Source of the DNA: Comamonadaceae bacterium UBA2334
GTDB taxonomy: Bacteria > Pseudomonadota > Gammaproteobacteria > Burkholderiales > Burkholderiaceae_C
Assembly: GCA_002344885.1 (NCBI GenBank)
Contig: DDUQ01000142.1
Location: forward strand, 65,467-129,466
Direction: 5' to 3'
DNA: 64,000 nt
A model generated the notes under the pieces. It did not search any database. It was given only the letters and a program-made list of their open reading frames with translations, and was not told the DNA's origin. Positions 18,303 through 27,223 of this stretch are shown one piece after another (position 1 is the stretch's first letter; the number at the start of each line of letters is the position of its first letter). The translations under genes were made by a program, and so were the position numbers.

Positions 18303-19452
18303 ACGCAAACCGCTAGGCCTGAGTGCCGACCAGAAACAACTGCGCGAGCAGCGCGCCCGTGCGCTGGCGCGCCTGGCCAACCCGACACCCGAACCTGAAG
18401 GCGGCTGGCCGCCCGCCCAAGCTGCGCCTGGCCGCGGATTTCAGCCCAAACCTCAGCGAAATGTCCGGCCTCCAGCTTCGCCTGACAAAACGGTGGGTGC
18501 CCGCAGTCAGGTTGCCCAGCCGCCTGCACGTCCGCAACCTGCTCGTTCAGGCGGTGAACGCCGGACCAGCCCAACATCGCCTGACCGTCAGGCCCACCCC
18601 GTCGAGCGGTCTGGCGCGGCTGCAGGCAAGCCAGCTGGGGCGGTTCGCATCCGTGCTGAAGCAGCCTTGCCCGCCCATGCGGCAGATGGCATCCGCCTGA
18701 ACAAGCGCATGGCCGAGCTGCGCCTGTGCTCGCGCCGCGAGGGTGACGCCTGGATCGAACGTGGCTGGGTGACGGTAAACGGTGTGGTGGCCGAAATGGG
18801 CATGCTCGTCAAACCCGCCGATGTGATCGAAGTGTCCGAACAGGCCAAGGGCGAACAGCAGCAACAGGTCACCATCCTGTTGCACAAGCCCATGGGATTT
18901 GTCAGCGGGCAGGCTGAAGATGGGCACCAACCAGCGGTCTCGCTCATCAACCCGCGTACGCACTGGCAGGGCGACACCAGCCGTAACCGCTTCAACTTCA
19001 GTCAGTTACAGGGGCTGGCACCGGCCGGTCGTCTGGATATCGATTCGGTGGGCCTGCTGGTGCTGACCCAGGATGGACGGGTGGCCCGCCAGCTCATCGG
19101 TGAAGACAGTGAACTGGAAAAGGAATACCTGGTGCGCGTGACGTGGGTCGCGCCGGATGGCCAGGACGTGACCACCGATGTGCAAGCCGTGTTTCCACCG
19201 GACCGCCTGGCCCTGCTGCGTCATGGGTTGAGCCTGGACGGCGAGCCACTGAAACCTGCACAGGTGGACTGGCAGAACCCGGAGCAATTGCGGTTTGTGC
19301 TGACGCAGGGCAAGAAGCGGCAAATCCGCCGCATGTGCGAACAGGTGGGGCTGAAGGTGGTGGGCCTCAAGCGCATTCGCATGGGCCGTGTGGTGCTGGG
19401 CAACCTGCCTGCCGGGCAGTGGCGTTACCTGGGGGCCGGCGAGCGGTTCTGA
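18295..19452 (+). CDS. Pseudouridine synthase (RsuA/RluB/RluF family) with a roughly 150-aa Pro/Ala/Arg-rich N-terminal extension
   Basis: Within ORF 18229..19452. S4 domain IRLNKRMAELRLCSRREGD. Catalytic region GRLDIDSVGLLVLTQDG. KKRQIRRMCE near the C-terminus. Confidence 0.85.
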   Translation: MTERKPLGLSADQKQLREQRARALARLANPTPEPEGGWPPAQAAPGRGFQPKPQRNVRPPASPDKTVGARSQVAQPPARPQPARSGGERRTSPTSPDRQAHPVERSGAAAGKPAGAVRIRAEAALPAHAADGIRLNKRMAELRLCSRREGDAWIERGWVTVNGVVAEMGMLVKPADVIEVSEQAKGEQQQQVTILLHKPMGFVSGQAEDGHQPAVSLINPRTHWQGDTSRNRFNFSQLQGLAPAGRLDIDSVGLLVLTQDGRVARQLIGEDSELEKEYLVRVTWVAPDGQDVTTDVQAVFPPDRLALLRHGLSLDGEPLKPAQVDWQNPEQLRFVLTQGKKRQIRRMCEQVGLKVVGLKRIRMGRVVLGNLPAGQWRYLGAGERF

Positions 19453-20747
19453 CCGTTCACCAGCCAGTGCTCCAGCTGGGCCGTGACTCGCGGGCTGCCC
19501 AGCAGTTCGACGTGACCGGTCCGGTACAGCACGCACTGGTGTTCAACCGGGAAAGCCAGCCGCATGCCGGGCTTGTCGTGCTTGCCTAACGCGCTGTTCA
19601 GCGGCACCAGACCGTCCCCTGTCAGGCGTTCGGCCAGCAGGCTGCTTTTGGGTGCCAGGGTGGCGGCAATGGTGTAGCAGTCCACCCCAGCAGGCAATGG
19701 CAGCGGCGTCCGTTTGTCGGCATGGTGGTGCGCGGCTCGCGTCCACGCCCCTGTTGGGCTTTCCGCCTGCCAGTCGCGTGGCAGCACCCAACCGTGGCGC
19801 AGGTCGGTGATGCCAGCGCTGCGCAGCTGGCCCAGGCGTGCGAAGGGCGCAGACCAGGGCGTGAGTTGCAACAGGGTGTCCACCCACGCGCCCGCTCGCT
19901 CCAGCGGGGCACCGTGGTGAGGCGTGCCCAGGCACACCAGTGTTTTCAGGTGTTTGGGCCAGGTGTGCCCGGCTGCCACGCCGGCGGCGTGGGCGCTGCG
20001 CGCCACCAGCCCGCCCATGCTGTGCGCAATGAGAGTCAGGCGTGTCAGTGGCACGGGCCAGGCGGCCACCAACCGCTCCAGCAGCCGGGCCAATTTCTCA
20101 CCGTTGTCGGAAATGTGCAGGCCGGTGTTGTAGCGCAGGCTCAGCCGCTGGGCCCCCAGTTTGCTGGCCAGGTGGGCACCGTGATCGACCCCGTTCCACT
20201 GCCATTGGGTGTCGGTCATGCACAGGCCGTGGATGGTCAGCACCACGTGCGCCGGAGGCTGGTCACCCAGTTCGGTGCTGTGTTCAGGTTGCCAGTTCCG
20301 ACCGTTCAGGCGCAGCGTCATCGGAAGCGCCAGGGGGTTGTCATGTGCGGCCAGGTGGTCGCCCAACACGCCGTTCAGCACGGCCAGCGCACGGGCGCGT
20401 TCCGGGCTGTCGGCTGCCTGTGCGTCAGTGGTCCGGGTCAGCAGTGGTACCAAACCTGCCAGCGCGGCATCCAGAGTGTTGCCCACCAGGCCAGTCACCC
20501 CGCGCACACTGCGGTACACCAGACCGGTGAGGCCTGCCGCACAACCGGGCGTGTTGCCCCGCCTGCCGCCCACGGTCCGCAGCACGGACTGGTGAACACC
20601 TTCTGTCAGGTTGACCACACCCAGCGTGGCCTGCGTGGCCAGTTGGGCCACAGCCCGCAAGTCGGCAGGCTGGACATGCCGCAGGAGGCGGCGAGGCCCT
20701 TTCGAAGGGGGGTGTGAGGGGGCTTGGAGTTGGGTCATGCAGTGCAT
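19425..20747 (-). CDS. Alpha/beta hydrolase (lipase/esterase-like)
   Basis: 440-aa ORF with nucleophile elbow IAHSMGG. Its 3' end overlaps the pseudouridine synthase gene by 28 nt. Confidence 0.7.
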   Translation of the reverse strand: MHCMTQLQAPSHPPSKGPRRLLRHVQPADLRAVAQLATQATLGVVNLTEGVHQSVLRTVGGRRGNTPGCAAGLTGLVYRSVRGVTGLVGNTLDAALAGLVPLLTRTTDAQAADSPERARALAVLNGVLGDHLAAHDNPLALPMTLRLNGRNWQPEHSTELGDQPPAHVVLTIHGLCMTDTQWQWNGVDHGAHLASKLGAQRLSLRYNTGLHISDNGEKLARLLERLVAAWPVPLTRLTLIAHSMGGLVARSAHAAGVAAGHTWPKHLKTLVCLGTPHHGAPLERAGAWVDTLLQLTPWSAPFARLGQLRSAGITDLRHGWVLPRDWQAESPTGAWTRAAHHHADKRTPLPLPAGVDCYTIAATLAPKSSLLAERLTGDGLVPLNSALGKHDKPGMRLAFPVEHQCVLYRTGHVELLGSPRVTAQLEHWLVNGQNRSPAPR

Positions 20748-20816
20748 TCAGGTGGTTGTGTGCAGCATACGTGCTGACGGTCGGTCAGTGCGAGGGGCAG
20801 CTGCCTACCATGGGCA

Positions 20817-20844
20817 CTTGAAATCTGCTGGCACGCCGCCATGT
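20817..20844 (+). promoter_or_regulatory. Sigma-32 (RpoH)-type heat-shock promoter candidate for htpG
   Basis: CTTGAAA (20817..20823), 13-nt spacer, CGCCATGT (20837..20844), against consensus CTTGAAA-N13-15-CCCCATNT. About 80 nt upstream of the htpG ATG. Confidence 0.55.
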
Positions 20845-20923
20845 AGCCGCGTTGTGGAGGGTGTTTCTGCCGTTGAAACACCCCGCCAACCTTGTTCCAA
20901 CTTTCCTCCATTTTTGTCATCAC

Positions 20924-22882
20924 ATGAGCAAGCAAACCCTTTCCTTCCAGGCCGAAGTTGCCCAACTGCTGCACCTCGTCACACACTCCCTGTATTCGAA
21001 CAAGGAGATTTTTCTGCGTGAACTGGTCTCCAACGCGTCTGATGCGTGTGACAAGTTGCGTTTCGAGGCGCTGAACAACGATGCATTGTTCGAGGACGCG
21101 CCCAACCTTGACGTGCGTGTGTCGTTTGACAAGGAAGCGAAGACCATCACCATCACCGACAACGGCATCGGCATGAGCCAGCAGGAGGCCATCGACCACC
21201 TGGGCACGATTGCCAAGAGCGGCACCAAGGATTTCATGAGCCGTCTGAGTGGCGACCAGAAGAAAGACGCCCAACTGATCGGCCAGTTTGGCGTGGGCTT
21301 TTACAGCGGCTTCATCGTGGCTGACAAGATCACCGTCGAAAGTCGCCGCGCCGGTTTGAGCGCTGCCGAGGGCGTGCGCTGGATCAGCGGGGGCACCGGC
21401 GACTTCGAGGTGGAAACCATTGACCGCCCCGCACGCGGCACCAGCGTCACGCTGCACCTGCGCGACGACGCGTCCGAGTACCTCAGCCACTGGAAGCTGA
21501 AGACCATCATCGGCAAATACTCTGACCACATCAGCCTGCCCATCCTGATGCAGAAAGAGGAGTGGGATGCCGAGAAGAGCGAATACGTCAAGAAAGACGA
21601 GTGGGATGCAGTCAACTCGGCCAGTGCTCTGTGGACACGCAGCAAAAAAGATATCACCGAGGAACAGTACGCTGACTTTTACAAAAACATCAGCTACGAC
21701 CAGACTGCGCCATTGGCCTGGAGCCACAACCGGGTGGAAGGCAGCACCGAGTACACGCAGTTGCTGTACATCCCCGCCAAAGCCCCCCAGGACCTGTGGA
21801 ACCGCGATAAAAAGGCCGGCATCAAGCTCTACGTGAAGCGCGTGTTCATCATGGACGACGCCGAGGCGCTGATGCCCAGCTACCTGCGCTGGGTGAAGGG
21901 CGTGGTCGATTCGGCTGACTTGCCCCTGAACGTCAGTCGCGAGCTGCTGCAGGAAAGCCGGGACGTGAAAGCCATCCGCGAAGGCAACACCCGCCGTGTG
22001 TTGGGCATGCTGGAAGACATGGCGAAAAAAGACAAGCTGCCCGCCACTGAAGGCGCGGACGGTCAAAACAGCGATGTGGTCGACGTGCTGAGCGCCGAAG
22101 ACAAAGCCGCTGCCGAAAAAGACGCAGGCAAGTACACCGCGTTCTATGCGGAGTTTGGCAGCGTGCTGAAGGAAGGCCTGGGTGAAGACTTTGCTAACAA
22201 GGACAAAATCGCCAAACTGTTGCGCTTTGCCTCCAGCACCACCGACGGCGTCAACGTCAGCTTTGCCGACTACAAGGCCCGCATGAAGGAAGGCCAGGAG
22301 GCCATTTACTACATCACCGCCGACACACTGGCCGGTGCCAAAAACAGCCCGCAGCTGGAAGTGTTCAAGAAGAAGGGCATCGAAGTCCTGTTGATGACCG
22401 ACCGGGTGGACGAGTGGGCGCTGTCTTTCCTGTACGAGTTTGATGGCACCCCGCTGCAAAGCGTGGCCAAAGGCGCGGTCGACCTGGGCAAGCTGCAGGA
22501 CGAGGAAGAAAAGAAAGCGGCCGAGGCCGCAGCCGAAAGCTTCAAACCTGTGCTGGACAAGCTGAAGGAGGCCCTGAAAGACAAGGCCAAGGATGTGCGC
22601 GTGACGACGCGCCTGGTCGATTCCCCGGCCTGCCTGGTGGTGGAGGATGGCGACATGTCCAACCAGCTGGCACGCATGCTCAAGGCAGCCGGCCAGAAGG
22701 CCCCCGACAGCAAGCCCATTCTGGAAGTGAATGCAGAGCACGCGCTGGTCAAGAAGCTCGAGGGCAGTGCCTACTTCGACGATCTGGCGCACATCGTGTT
22801 TGACCAGGCATTGCTGGCCGAAGGCGGCTTGCCCGAAGATCCGGCCGCCTACGTCAGGCGCGTGAATGCCCTGCTGGTCTGA
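20924..22882 (+). CDS. htpG: Molecular chaperone HtpG (Hsp90)
   Basis: Within ORF 20852..22882. N-terminus [34 protein letters not shown] and GQFGVGFYS. Confidence 0.95.
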   Translation: MSKQTLSFQAEVAQLLHLVTHSLYSNKEIFLRELVSNASDACDKLRFEALNNDALFEDAPNLDVRVSFDKEAKTITITDNGIGMSQQEAIDHLGTIAKSGTKDFMSRLSGDQKKDAQLIGQFGVGFYSGFIVADKITVESRRAGLSAAEGVRWISGGTGDFEVETIDRPARGTSVTLHLRDDASEYLSHWKLKTIIGKYSDHISLPILMQKEEWDAEKSEYVKKDEWDAVNSASALWTRSKKDITEEQYADFYKNISYDQTAPLAWSHNRVEGSTEYTQLLYIPAKAPQDLWNRDKKAGIKLYVKRVFIMDDAEALMPSYLRWVKGVVDSADLPLNVSRELLQESRDVKAIREGNTRRVLGMLEDMAKKDKLPATEGADGQNSDVVDVLSAEDKAAAEKDAGKYTAFYAEFGSVLKEGLGEDFANKDKIAKLLRFASSTTDGVNVSFADYKARMKEGQEAIYYITADTLAGAKNSPQLEVFKKKGIEVLLMTDRVDEWALSFLYEFDGTPLQSVAKGAVDLGKLQDEEEKKAAEAAAESFKPVLDKLKEALKDKAKDVRVTTRLVDSPACLVVEDGDMSNQLARMLKAAGQKAPDSKPILEVNAEHALVKKLEGSAYFDDLAHIVFDQALLAEGGLPEDPAAYVRRVNALLV

Positions 22883-22935
22883 TTTTTGGCATGTTTCAGG
22901 CTTCCAGCGCTTTCCGAATAGGCAAAGGTAGCTAT
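22881..22935 (-). repeat. AT-rich element copy D: ATAGC-N18-AAGCG CT GGAAGCC ... AAAAATC
   Basis: Reverse complement reads TATTGATAGCTACCTTTGCCTATTCGGAAAGCGCTGGAAGCCTGAAACATGCCAAAAATC. Lies just past the htpG stop. Confidence 0.7.
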
Positions 22936-23136
22936 CAATAATGGCCCTCCGTCGGTTTTGCCGCTGAGGTCTTTTTGGGGTCTTTTTCCCATACGGAATA
23001 CGCGTGGAGAGCTTTTTTGCAACGGGGGTGTCGCATTTGACGCCGGGGCGGCAAAGCCTGGACGAAACCTGCGGCTGGCGGTTGCGGTGAGCAGTCGCTC
23101 CGTGCTTACAATGGTCGCAGACTGACCACTTCTTCA

Positions 23137-25230
23137 TTGCCCGCTGTGAGCTCAAACGACCCACGTCCCCCGACACTGCTTGCGGTGGATGACGACCCCA
23201 CCACGCGCAAGCTGGTGCAGGCCGTTCTCAGCAAACATGGCTACGAGGTGTTGCTGGCACCCACGGGCCAGGATGGCGTCGACACCTTCATCTCCCACCG
23301 GCCCGACCTGGTCCTGATGGACGTGCAGATGCCCGGCATGAATGGTTTTGACGCTTGCGCCCTGATTCGCCAGCTGGATGGCCACGCGACCCCCATCATC
23401 ATGCTGACGGGCAGTGAAGACCTTGAATCGATCGAGAGCGCGTTCACGGCCGGGGCCACCGATTTCATCACCAAGCCCATCAACTTCCCCTTGCTGGCGC
23501 AGCGGGTGCGTTACGCCCTGCGCAGCAGCGAACTGAACCGCGAATTGCGGGGCGTGCGCCAGCGTCAGGCGGCGGCGCAGCGCATCGCTGGTCTGGGTTT
23601 CTGGGTGTGGACGGCCGATTACAACCAGCTCGAATGGTCCGACGATGCCGGCACCCTTCTGGGGGGGGAGCCACCCACCACTCTGGCTGACCTGCTGACC
23701 ACGGTGCACCCGGGCGACCGCAACCGGGTGGGCCAGGCGTTCCTGGCCGTGCGCGAGTCAGGCGGCAAGCTGGACGTGGAGTTTCGGCTGCATGACGATG
23801 CGCCTGTGGGCGAACGCATCATCACCATGACGGGTGAGCGGGCCGAAGAGGACGACCCGTTGCAACCCGCACGCGTGTTCGGCGCGTTCCAGAACGTGAC
23901 CGACTCTCGCCGCACCCAGGCCATGGTCGATTACTTGGCGTTTCACGACGAACTGACTGGGTTGGCCAACCGCAGGTTGTTCGTGAGCCAGATCCGGGAT
24001 TTTCTGGCCACGCCCGAAGCCGGCCACCTGGGTCTGATGGTCAGCTGGATTGACCTGGCGCGGTTCGCCCGCGTCAACGAAGCGCTGGGTGAGTCGTCTG
24101 GCGACGCCCTGCTGGCCCAGGTGGCGCAGCGGCTCAAGAGTGCCAGCGCCGGCAGTGTGGGCTTGGCACGGGTCGGCGGCGACGAATTCGGCCTGGCGCT
24201 GCGCTGCCGCAACGAATCTGAAGCTGAAGACAAGTTGCAGCGGGTCGTTCAGGCGCTGGACCAAGCCTTCACCGTCAACGACCAGGAGGTGTTCGTATCG
24301 GTGTGTGCCGGTTGGTCGCTGAGCCTGGAGCACGGCCAGGAGGCCGAAGCCCTGCTCAACCAGGCCAGGGATGCCCAGCAGCAGGCACGGTTGCAGGGCT
24401 ACAAAACGCTCAAGGCATCCAAAAACCAGAATGCCACCCGGCATTTGGGCTCGCTGGATGTGGAAATGGAACTGCGCAAGGCTTTGCAGAACAACCAGTT
24501 CGTCCTGCATTACCAGCCGCAGATGGCCTTGCGTGGCAACCGCATCGTGGGCGTCGAATCCCTGTTGCGCTGGCAACACCCAGTCAGGGGCATGGTGCCA
24601 CCGGTGCAGTTCATTCCCTTGCTCGAGGACATGGGACTGATTCAGGAAGTGGGTGCCTGGGTGCTGCGCGAAGCCTGCCGCCAGGCCACGGAGTGGGCCA
24701 ATGCGGGCATGCCTTTGCGTGTGGCCGTCAACCTGTCGCCCAGGCAGTTCATGGGCACCGAGTTGTTTGGCCTGATCCAGTCGGCGGTCGAGGCACACCA
24801 GACGCCTGCGCACCTGGTGGAGCTGGAAATCACTGAAAGCCTCGCCATGCAGGACCCGGACCGTGCCATCGAGCTGCTGACCCAGTTGCGGGCGGCAGGC
24901 TACAAGGTGGCCATTGATGACTTTGGCATCGGCCATTCGTCCCTCGAATACCTGCTGCGTTTCCCGATCGATACCATCAAGATCGACCGCGCGTTCGTGA
25001 TGCGGGTGACCGAAACAGAAACTGACCGTGCGGTCATTCGCGCGATCACGGCCATTGCGCAGTCACTGCAGCTCACCACCGTTTCCGAGGGCGTGGAAAC
25101 GCAGCGTCAGTGCGATTTCATGGAAGCGCTGGGGGCATCGGAAATTCAGGGTTATTTCATCAGCCGGCCATTGCCCGAGGCGGCCCTGAAGGCGTTTGTG
25201 CAGAACTTCAAGTACGCACCTGGCGGATGA
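23137..25230 (+). CDS. Response regulator receiver, PAS, GGDEF, EAL protein
   Basis: REC (LLAVDDDP, DLVLMDVQMPGMNG, KP). GGDEF intact. EAL region ESLLRW, EITES, DDFGIGHSS, KIDRAF. TTG start at 23137 is uncertain. Confidence 0.9.
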   Translation: MPAVSSNDPRPPTLLAVDDDPTTRKLVQAVLSKHGYEVLLAPTGQDGVDTFISHRPDLVLMDVQMPGMNGFDACALIRQLDGHATPIIMLTGSEDLESIESAFTAGATDFITKPINFPLLAQRVRYALRSSELNRELRGVRQRQAAAQRIAGLGFWVWTADYNQLEWSDDAGTLLGGEPPTTLADLLTTVHPGDRNRVGQAFLAVRESGGKLDVEFRLHDDAPVGERIITMTGERAEEDDPLQPARVFGAFQNVTDSRRTQAMVDYLAFHDELTGLANRRLFVSQIRDFLATPEAGHLGLMVSWIDLARFARVNEALGESSGDALLAQVAQRLKSASAGSVGLARVGGDEFGLALRCRNESEAEDKLQRVVQALDQAFTVNDQEVFVSVCAGWSLSLEHGQEAEALLNQARDAQQQARLQGYKTLKASKNQNATRHLGSLDVEMELRKALQNNQFVLHYQPQMALRGNRIVGVESLLRWQHPVRGMVPPVQFIPLLEDMGLIQEVGAWVLREACRQATEWANAGMPLRVAVNLSPRQFMGTELFGLIQSAVEAHQTPAHLVELEITESLAMQDPDRAIELLTQLRAAGYKVAIDDFGIGHSSLEYLLRFPIDTIKIDRAFVMRVTETETDRAVIRAITAIAQSLQLTTVSEGVETQRQCDFMEALGASEIQGYFISRPLPEAALKAFVQNFKYAPGG

Positions 25231-25264
25231 GAGTTGCCCGGCTGGTTTGAACCAGCCTTGACCT

Positions 25265-27151
25265 TCAGAACGCGGCGTGCCGCACGCAGTTGCGGCCTTC
25301 GTGCTTGGCTCGGTAGAGCGCCTGATCGGCCAATGACAGGATGTGTTCACCCTGCGTGTCAGGCTGAGGGGTGCCGTGTGCCACGCCAAAGCTGGCCGTG
25401 AAGCGGATGGTTTGCCCATCAAACACCACCGTTTGGGACTGCAGGCTGGTGCGCAGGTGGTCGATCAGCTCCAGTACATGGGCGACATCCAGGTCCACCA
25501 GCACAATGGCGAACTCTTCACCGCCGTAGCGGGCCAGCACGTCGCCAGCCCTGCGCACGGACTGGCGCGCGGTGTGCGCAACGGCTCGCAGGCATGCGTC
25601 ACCAGCCGGGTGACCGTAGGTGTCGTTGATTCTCTTGAAGTGGTCGATGTCGAACATCACCAGTGACAACTGCGCTCCGTGTCGGGAGGCTCGGCTGATT
25701 TCGTTGCGCAATGCCTCGTCGAAAAACGCGCGGTTGCGCACCTGAGTGAGCGCATCGGTGGTGGACAGCTCGGTCAGCTTGTGATTGGCTGCCTGCAACT
25801 GCGACATGGCCTCGTTCAGGTCGGCTGTCCGGGCTGTCACACGGTTCTCCAGCTCCCGGTTGGATTCTTCGATGGCCCGCACCAGCGCCTGTGAGCTTTC
25901 GCGCGCATGGCGCTCGTGTGCCAGGGCTGCCTCCTGCGCCTCGATGCGCCTGGCGCGGTCATGGTTCATGCGGTCAGCCAGCGTGAAGGACAGCAGCACC
26001 ACTTGCAGGATGATCCCGATCTGGGATGCGTTGTTGGTCCAGACGTTGGCCTCGATCCAGCCCATCTTGTTGGCAGTCAGGACGACAAATCCCAGCAACA
26101 GGGCCGTCCAGGCCAAACAGAAGAAGCGGGCAAATTGGGCACCTGAGGCCCACCGCCAGTAACCCGCCACCAAGGCAGTTGCAGCGACTGGGATGGCCAG
26201 AATGGTGCCGACGCGGATGGTCCAGGCGTACGGCAGGACCAGGCTGGCCAGAAACAGCGCGCAGCCCGCCCAGCCAAACAGCAGCATCAACCGGTGCAGC
26301 TTGGGTGAAAACGCGCGCAACCGCAGGAACACAGTGGTGAACCAGCTGGTGAAAGCGATGGTTGAGGCGATGAAGGAAGAGATGGCGATGCTGTTCCAAT
26401 GCACCGCTTCGGGCCACAGGTGCTGGTAGGAATAGCCGGTCAGCGTGAAATAGAACAGCAGGTAGCTGGCCACGAAGCCGATGTACAGCAGGTAGTTGCC
26501 GTCACGAAGTGAAAAACCGACAAACAGGTTGTAGATCATCATCACCAGCAACACGCCAGCCACTGCGCCGTTGGCCAGGTTTTCGCGGTTGCTGTCGGCC
26601 ACAAAGGCTTCGTGCGGCCACAGCCGGAAGCTGGCTTCCACGGTGCCGGTCGAGGCCAGCCGCATGTAGAACACGTTGATGCCGGGTTGCAGCGTGACCG
26701 GCATCACGAAGTTCTGGTGCTGTACAGGGCGCTTGTCAAAGGGTTGGGTGTCTCCAACTGCATATTGCCGGGTGTGGGGCCCGTCGGCCCGGTGAAACAC
26801 CTGCAAGTCGTCCAGGAAGGGCACAGGCAGCTCCAGGTACCGATCGACCGGGCGCTGGCCCGGCACCTGCACCCGGAACCTGAACCAGTGAGCAGCCTCC
26901 GAAAAACCGAAGTTGGGCGTGGGGCGGTCGATGGCACGCCACGGCTGGCCGTCGGCCTCCACATCTGACAGGGTCAATTGCCGTGTCGGGTCGGTCAGCC
27001 AGCCCATGCGGTTGCCGACGTGCATGGGCTCGGCCGCGTCAGGCGCAGCGTTGAGGGTGGGAAAGGTGGTGTCAGCTGGACGGGCGTGCGATGTCGTCAG
27101 CAGGCAAAGCTGCAGACAGCAGGCCATCAGCCACAGCAAGGTGTGTTTCAT
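25265..27151 (-). CDS. 7TMR-DISM-type diguanylate cyclase (periplasmic domain, 7TM, coiled coil, GGDEF)
   Basis: Within ORF 25265..27196. Signal peptide MKHTLLWLMACCLQ. FYMRLASTGTVEASFRLW. Seven hydrophobic segments. GGEEF with I-site RAGD 5 residues upstream. Confidence 0.88.
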   Translation of the reverse strand: MKHTLLWLMACCLQLCLLTTSHARPADTTFPTLNAAPDAAEPMHVGNRMGWLTDPTRQLTLSDVEADGQPWRAIDRPTPNFGFSEAAHWFRFRVQVPGQRPVDRYLELPVPFLDDLQVFHRADGPHTRQYAVGDTQPFDKRPVQHQNFVMPVTLQPGINVFYMRLASTGTVEASFRLWPHEAFVADSNRENLANGAVAGVLLVMMIYNLFVGFSLRDGNYLLYIGFVASYLLFYFTLTGYSYQHLWPEAVHWNSIAISSFIASTIAFTSWFTTVFLRLRAFSPKLHRLMLLFGWAGCALFLASLVLPYAWTIRVGTILAIPVAATALVAGYWRWASGAQFARFFCLAWTALLLGFVVLTANKMGWIEANVWTNNASQIGIILQVVLLSFTLADRMNHDRARRIEAQEAALAHERHARESSQALVRAIEESNRELENRVTARTADLNEAMSQLQAANHKLTELSTTDALTQVRNRAFFDEALRNEISRASRHGAQLSLVMFDIDHFKRINDTYGHPAGDACLRAVAHTARQSVRRAGDVLARYGGEEFAIVLVDLDVAHVLELIDHLRTSLQSQTVVFDGQTIRFTASFGVAHGTPQPDTQGEHILSLADQALYRAKHEGRNCVRHAAF

Positions 27152-27223
27152 CGCGGCGAGTATGGCCGTGGCAGACCCTTGCGGAAACAGGGTCATCCCG
27201 ACCCCTGGCTTGCCATCTGTCGC

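Noticed and set aside
20735-23176. An 813-aa ORF on the minus strand spanning the whole htpG locus. There are similar long antisense ORFs elsewhere (1452..2744, 10023..11396, 11393..12625, 23758..24936, 39133..40518, 41069..42217, 51384..52373).
   Set aside because: Each is exactly antisense to a gene with unmistakable family motifs. Their translations are Arg/Gly/His/Gln-rich low-complexity strings typical of stop-poor antisense frames in GC-rich DNA. No start or SD context supports them.
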